A DNA stretch of 64,000 bases from an uncultured Acidobacteriota bacterium (GTDB lineage Bacteria > Acidobacteriota > UBA6911 > RPQK01 > JAPXNP01), in assembly GCA_963777605.1 (NCBI GenBank), contig CAVZRV010000010.1, positions 96,001 to 160,000 on the forward strand, given 5' to 3'. A model generated the notes under the pieces. It was not told where the DNA came from, did no database searches, and was given only the letters and a program-made list of their open reading frames with translations. Of this stretch, positions 58,860 to 64,000 are shown piece by piece. The translations under genes were made by a program, and so were the position numbers. How positions within the stretch are numbered: position 1 is the stretch's first letter; each line of letters opens with the position of its first letter.

Positions 58860-59711
58860 ATGAGAAATACAGCTCTGATTTTGGTTGCGTTACTTGTCCT
58901 AACCACCTGGACTGCTTGCAACTCCCAGGCCGATCTGGTGACTGCAGAAACAGGCGCAACAGGAATCCAGGTGGTTGCGGCTCACACCGCGGACACTACG
59001 CAGGCGCCACAGCCCGCATCTACTTCAATGCCGCCTGAAACGGAAGATCTTCCCAAGAGCGAGGGCCAGGATCAGTTGATCCGTGGAACGGTCACCGAGG
59101 TGATCGAAGCGAGCCAGTACGTCTACGTCTGCGTAAATTCCGGAAGCGAATCTCGATGGGTCGCCACCAACTCGCTCGACGTAAAATCTGGAGACTCCGT
59201 GGAGTTCGAGCAGGGCCTCCTGATGAGAAACTTCAAGAGCCCCTCAATGGGCAGGGTCTTTCCGGCGATCCTCTTTGTTCAGGGTCTGCAGGTCACCAGT
59301 CGCCCGACTGTCCAGGTCACAGCAGTGAAAGGACTCCCCTCCGGGCACCCCTCCGTCCCCAAGAGCGCGCGTACCGCGGCCCGGGAGGTAGCCCGTCCCA
59401 ACCCGGGTTCGATTCCCCGGCTGAAGGATACGCTGACAATTGAGGCAATCCAGAAAGATCAGGAGGCTCTCAACGGAAAGGCGGTGTCGGTGGTCGGAAT
59501 GGTCACGAAAGTCAGCGCCAACATCATGGATCGTAACTGGATTCACCTGGTTGATGAAGACGGGCGCGAGCTGGTGGTCACCTCCAGCGCTACCGCTGTT
59601 CCCGGCTCCATCCAGGTCGCCCGGGGAACTCTCGTTGTCGGCAAGGCTTTTGAAACCGGGTACTACGTTCCACTTCTCCTCGAGAATTCAACGTTGGATT
59701 CCGCTTCCTGA
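58860..59711 (+). CDS. NrfJ-like double OB-fold lipoprotein
   Basis: Lipobox WTAC; GTVTEVIEASQYVYV...WVA...MRNFKSPSMGRVF; LPSGHP; IMDRNWIHL. Confidence 0.7.
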   Translation: MRNTALILVALLVLTTWTACNSQADLVTAETGATGIQVVAAHTADTTQAPQPASTSMPPETEDLPKSEGQDQLIRGTVTEVIEASQYVYVCVNSGSESRWVATNSLDVKSGDSVEFEQGLLMRNFKSPSMGRVFPAILFVQGLQVTSRPTVQVTAVKGLPSGHPSVPKSARTAAREVARPNPGSIPRLKDTLTIEAIQKDQEALNGKAVSVVGMVTKVSANIMDRNWIHLVDEDGRELVVTSSATAVPGSIQVARGTLVVGKAFETGYYVPLLLENSTLDSAS

Positions 59712-59812
59712 GTCCGCTGCGGATACAGGCTCCCCCCAGAAGCGATTCGGGGACGGCGCTTGCGGGATCAGGATTGGTGAACAGGGAACAAGCCGCGATC
59801 TACTCACCCAAC

Positions 59813-59945
59813 CCGATCATCATGGGCGAGATTCCTCGCCATTCCATCGTCAGCGCGGTCCTCGACCACACGGCCCACCATCGGGGAGCCCTTACGGTTT
59901 ACCAGCGATTACCCGGCCTCACACCCCTGATACCCCTACATGGAA
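59813..59945 (+). pseudogene. C-terminal fragment of a DinB family protein
   Basis: IMGEIPRHSIVSAVLDHTAHHRGALTVYQRL; no recognisable N-terminal part. Confidence 0.65.
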
Positions 59946-60034
59946 ATGCGAGTTCGCACATTAGCACGGAGAATCCGGCCCATGCCAATCTTTCCTGGCT
60001 TGTCCGGAAAAGCGCAATTCGGTAGTATCCATTG

Positions 60035-61405
60035 ATGTCTCGCCGGTTTCGTTCCGTCCTTTGGGCGCTGATGGTCCTCGGGTTCGGCCCCGCCCCGGTT
60101 GCTCGAGCCCAGGTCGCCAAAGCAGGCGAGAACCCCCCAAATGTCATCCTGCTGGTCCTCGACGCGACTCGCCTCGACCACCTCTCGACTTATGGCTGCC
60201 CCCTCAAAATTACCCCCAGGATTGATGAAATTGCCGCCCGTTCAACCGTGTACGAGCAATGCATAGCGGCGGCTCCATGGACGCTGCCTTCCGTTGCCTC
60301 CCTGATGACCGGACTCTTTCCCCACAGACATGGAGTGAATTGCCAGAACCTGAACCTGCGGGACACCTACACGACCCTGGCCGAGAGACTCCGCGATTCT
60401 GGATATCGGACCGCCGGCTATTCAGGAAACCCCTGGATTGGCTCGTTCTCGGGAATGGCCCAGGGTTTCGAAATCTTTGAGGATATCTGGCGGGAACTGG
60501 GAGACGATCCAGTTGACGCTGGTGCCACAGAAGCGAATCGGCGCGCACTTCAGTGGATTGATTCCCTTCCCGGCGAAGACCCGTTCTTCCTTTACATCCA
60601 CTACATGGAACCCCACTTTCCCTACCGGCCTCCTCGCCCCTTCGATCGCGCGTTTGAATCGCAGCCACTGGATGATGCCGTCCTGGAGCGGGTCCGGAGT
60701 TGGAAAACTCCACGGGAACTCGGATACATCCTCAAAGATCCCAGCAGCCTGATTTCTCCGGAGGAAATGCGTGCTCTTCAGGTCGAATACAAAGGCGAGG
60801 TAGGCTACCTCGATATGCAGATTGGCGCACTGATCGACGCCCTCACCAGCCGTGGCCTGCTCGATAGGAGCCTGCTCGTCATTACGGCCGACCACGGCGA
60901 ACACCTGGGCGATCACCAACTGCTCGATCACAAGTTCTCCGTCTATGAGAACCTGATTCGAGTTCCTCTGATCATCCGCTATCCTGACGGCCACCTGGTG
61001 GGAACCCGGGTGAAACGGCAAGTGCAGAACATCGACCTGGTCCCGACGGTCATGCGCTACACAGGACACGCGGATGTTCCCTGCGACGGAACCGTGCTCC
61101 CTCGACAGGATGACTCGGAGACCCCTGTCCGCATAGCGTTCACGGAGTTTTCCCGGCCCCTCCTGTTCACCGACGTCATCGAGGAGCATTTCCCGATGGC
61201 GGACTATTCCTTCATCGACCGGGCTCTTCTTTCCCTGCGAACCGACCGTTACAAGTTGATCTGGGCGTCCGACGGAAAGAACCAACTCTACGACCTGGCC
61301 AACGATCCGGGAGAGCAGGAGAATTTGATCGGCAGACAGCCTTCAATCGCGAAAGACCTGCTGGAGAGGGCCCGGAAGTTCCAGGAAAAAGGCTCCGGGC
61401 ACTAG
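60035..61405 (+). CDS. Secreted sulfatase-like hydrolase (alkaline phosphatase superfamily)
   Basis: PNVILLVLDATRLDHL, APWTLPSVASLMTG, HYMEPHFPY, TADHGE, LYDLANDPGE. Confidence 0.9.
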   Translation: MSRRFRSVLWALMVLGFGPAPVARAQVAKAGENPPNVILLVLDATRLDHLSTYGCPLKITPRIDEIAARSTVYEQCIAAAPWTLPSVASLMTGLFPHRHGVNCQNLNLRDTYTTLAERLRDSGYRTAGYSGNPWIGSFSGMAQGFEIFEDIWRELGDDPVDAGATEANRRALQWIDSLPGEDPFFLYIHYMEPHFPYRPPRPFDRAFESQPLDDAVLERVRSWKTPRELGYILKDPSSLISPEEMRALQVEYKGEVGYLDMQIGALIDALTSRGLLDRSLLVITADHGEHLGDHQLLDHKFSVYENLIRVPLIIRYPDGHLVGTRVKRQVQNIDLVPTVMRYTGHADVPCDGTVLPRQDDSETPVRIAFTEFSRPLLFTDVIEEHFPMADYSFIDRALLSLRTDRYKLIWASDGKNQLYDLANDPGEQENLIGRQPSIAKDLLERARKFQEKGSGH

Positions 61406-61415
61406 TGACAGGACA

Positions 61416-61703
61416 CTAGCGCCGGTCTCTTCGATATCGGTACCCCTGGTGGCTTCCTCCCCCGAGCAGTCCAAGGTCGATCAAAACCGCGACGACAAAG
61501 AGGATCAGGTAGATACCGTTCACGGAGTGGTTTTCGTTCATCGAAAAGGCATAGGCAATCGTGGTAGTCGGGAAAGCAATGAATCCGAGGAGCGGCCATA
61601 TCGTCGTCATGTAGGCACGCCCCAGGTAGTCACTGAAGAGGAAAAGCAACACGATCACCAACCGGGGAACGGCGAGCGCCAAACACCCAAGCAGACAAGG
61701 CAT
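61416..61703 (-). CDS. Small membrane protein
   Basis: MPCLLGCLALAVPRL...WPLLGFIAFPTTTIAY; 3 TM. Confidence 0.8.
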   Translation of the reverse strand: MPCLLGCLALAVPRLVIVLLFLFSDYLGRAYMTTIWPLLGFIAFPTTTIAYAFSMNENHSVNGIYLILFVVAVLIDLGLLGGGSHQGYRYRRDRR

Positions 61704-61750
61704 GGTTTAATTCTAGCGCAATAATCCTCAAATCGGTATCTTTCTCCGGG

Positions 61751-62560
61751 ATGATCAGAGAAATCAGCGAGAGGCGGAAAATCCAGAATTTCCTCCAAGG
61801 GGATCCATTCCTCCACATCTACGAGATTGGGGATCTCGACGACTTTTTTTGGCCCCTCACCCGCTGGTTCGGCTGGGAAGCAGATGGTGAACTGCAGGCC
61901 CTCTTCCTCCTCTACAGCGGAGACCCCTCCTGCCCCACGCTGCTTGCATTCGAGGAAAAGAATCTGGCAGCCTCGCGGGCATTGTTACAGGAGGTCGCCG
62001 ACATTCTCCCGTCCCCACTCCAGATCCATTTTTCCGTTCATTTACAAGACCTTATAACCTCCCTTCTAGAAACCACGGAATCTATTCAGATCATCAAAAT
62101 GGGAGTCTCCGGGCAGGAAATCAAGGAGGGACCAATCGGCTTACCCGAACCGGTCCTGCTGGGTCCGGTCGATGAACCGGAGATCCTCGAGTTCTACGAA
62201 ACCGCCTACCCCGACAACTGGTTCGACCCACGGATGCTCGCCACCGGGTGTTACCTGGGGGCGCGAATCGATCGCCGGCTGGTCGCCATAGCCGGAATTC
62301 ACGTCTACTCTCCGCACTACCGCGTAGCCGCACTCGGGAATATCGCCACCCATCCGGCGTACCGGGGACAGGGATTCGCAGCACACTTGACAAGCCGGCT
62401 CTGCCGCCGGCTCTTCCGCACGGTTGACTACATTGGCCTGAATGTTCGGGAAGACAACCTCGCCGCTCGTCGATGCTACGGCGGGCTGGGATTTCATGAC
62501 TGCTCCCGATTTGCCGTCGTGACTGCCCGGCGGGCATCCCGCCGGCCCGGGAAGGCGTAG
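61751..62560 (+). CDS. GNAT family N-acetyltransferase
   Basis: LGNIATHPAYRGQGFA, LNVREDN.AA..CY..LGF. Confidence 0.9.
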   Translation: MIREISERRKIQNFLQGDPFLHIYEIGDLDDFFWPLTRWFGWEADGELQALFLLYSGDPSCPTLLAFEEKNLAASRALLQEVADILPSPLQIHFSVHLQDLITSLLETTESIQIIKMGVSGQEIKEGPIGLPEPVLLGPVDEPEILEFYETAYPDNWFDPRMLATGCYLGARIDRRLVAIAGIHVYSPHYRVAALGNIATHPAYRGQGFAAHLTSRLCRRLFRTVDYIGLNVREDNLAARRCYGGLGFHDCSRFAVVTARRASRRPGKA

Positions 62561-62567
62561 AGAGTCC

Positions 62568-63587
62568 TCAGGCCGGCCTCGATCCTGACACGATGTGATG
62601 GGGGGAATTGGGAATCTCCCTGATTCCGACATCCGACAACCCGGCGGCGGAAAACATCGCCTTGTACTCCTGGAAGGTATAGGCATCCCCGGCGATTGTT
62701 GTTGCCAACATGGTTAGCGCAAATCCGGCCGCAAATGGAGGGCTGACTCGGTCCGGGTTGGGCACAAATTCGAGAGCCGCAACTAACCCACCCGGACGAA
62801 GCGCGGCGAAGCACTTTTCGAGCAACCGGGTGTTCGTAGGCGGATCGAAATGGTGCAGAAAGTTGGTCAGCAGTATCGCATCGTACGGGCCGGAAAAGTC
62901 GACTTCGAATGCATTACCCGGCTTCAAAGAATACCGATCTTCAACTCCCGCCTCGACCGCATTCGCTTGTGCAACATTCAGTACCGGTGCCCAATCCACA
63001 GCCACCACCTGGGCCTCCGGGTTCTGCCGGGCGATCTCAATCCCGAACAGACCATGACCGGCGGCGATGTCAAGCACCCGCATCGGTCCTTTCCGGCCGT
63101 TCAGGACAGCGGCTCCCAGTGGCCCGGCCATGGGAGCCATCATCGGTGCCATGTTGTGGGCGAAGTCGACCCAAATCGGATTCTCCGGCTCCACGCTTCC
63201 GAGCCCTGGAAGTACGGTGTGCCCCTGCCTAACCACTTCGTGCAGGCGTTCGAAAGGTTCGGCCATCTGGGGATTGTTCATGAATCGAATTGTCGATGCA
63301 ATGCAGGAAGGGGATCGGCGATCCAGGAATGCGGCACTGGTTGGAGAGTGCAGGTATCCATCGCCGTCCTTGAGGATCAATCCCACCAAGGACAGATAGT
63401 CGCAAAGGATTCGCATGCCTCGTTCTGTCGTTTCGCACCGCTCCGCCAGCTCACGGGCCGACGCAGGGGAGAACTCCAAGACCGAGAAGAGATCCAGTTC
63501 GACGCCTGCCCGAAGCGCAGCCGTCTGCTGAAATGCATTGATAAGCTGAAACACCAAGCCGGGGTTCGGCCCCTGAGCCGTTGACAT
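62568..63587 (-). CDS. SAM-dependent O-methyltransferase (family 2 with dimerisation domain)
   Basis: VLDIAAGHGLFG, LTNFLHHF, ALRPGG. Confidence 0.92.
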   Translation of the reverse strand: MSTAQGPNPGLVFQLINAFQQTAALRAGVELDLFSVLEFSPASARELAERCETTERGMRILCDYLSLVGLILKDGDGYLHSPTSAAFLDRRSPSCIASTIRFMNNPQMAEPFERLHEVVRQGHTVLPGLGSVEPENPIWVDFAHNMAPMMAPMAGPLGAAVLNGRKGPMRVLDIAAGHGLFGIEIARQNPEAQVVAVDWAPVLNVAQANAVEAGVEDRYSLKPGNAFEVDFSGPYDAILLTNFLHHFDPPTNTRLLEKCFAALRPGGLVAALEFVPNPDRVSPPFAAGFALTMLATTIAGDAYTFQEYKAMFSAAGLSDVGIREIPNSPHHIVSGSRPA

Positions 63588-63715
63588 GACGGATTTCCAC
63601 CTTCCTGAGCTGGGAGATTACAAGGTGATCAATATCTTGATCTTATTGTACTCCGGCGGAAACTCAGTTCAAGCTCCACGACCAGGTTTGGAAGTTGCCG
63701 CAGCCGGATTTCGCG

Positions 63716-64000
63716 TCACGGATCCTTCGAAGCATGGAAGTGCACCAACTTCCAGTCACCATCTTTTAGAAAGTAGAGTTCAGTCCATCGACCACTTTCA
63801 CGGATGCTCTCCCCGTTCAACCGGTAGGTCCAAAGGTAGAGCGACGTGATCCAACCCATGGGTTCGGTGACTTCGATCTGGATGTTCGAGGTCGTGAACG
63901 TGACTTCACTCAGGTTCGAGAAATACTGCTGTAACGTGTTTTCGAACGTCTTGAAATCACCGAATCGGGATGGAGGGGCGGTTCCGAAAATCACTGCTTC
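63716..64000 (-). CDS. Partial SnoaL / NTF2-like protein (start beyond the window)
   Basis: GRWTELYFLKDGDWKLVHFHAS C-terminal motif. Confidence 0.8.
   Translation of the reverse strand, partial: EAVIFGTAPPSRFGDFKTFENTLQQYFSNLSEVTFTTSNIQIEVTEPMGWITSLYLWTYRLNGESIRESGRWTELYFLKDGDWKLVHFHASKDP

Overview
GC-rich (roughly 60%, by eye), gene-dense bacterial chromosome segment with about 50 genes. The protein families suggest an Acidobacteriota-like organism (inference). I found no rRNA, tRNA, CRISPR array, integrase or transposase. Left part: a family-1 encapsulin with its ferritin-like cargo, a sigma54 two-component system divergent from a DegQ protease, and a decayed inverted copy of the kinase sensor region. 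Middle: carbohydrate genes (GH29, PfkB-AgaS-GatZ-GH36, LacD, two DUF1080 proteins, a BNR-repeat protein), two large secreted proteins sharing an uncharacterised ~220-aa module, and a lipoprotein serpin. The standout is a six-gene operon (49.5-59.7 kb) behind a sigma54-type promoter. It encodes a cytochrome-b-like membrane protein, a 24-heme cytochrome c, a probable outer-membrane beta-barrel, a membrane-anchored Fe-S/FAD/NAD(P)H oxidoreductase with permuted motif order, a 45-heme cytochrome built from 219-bp tandem repeats, and an NrfJ-like lipoprotein. Together these look like a complete NAD(P)H-to-cell-surface electron conduit. Several single-base frameshifts in otherwise intact genes suggest long-read indel errors. 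All calls come from reading motifs; no database searches were run.
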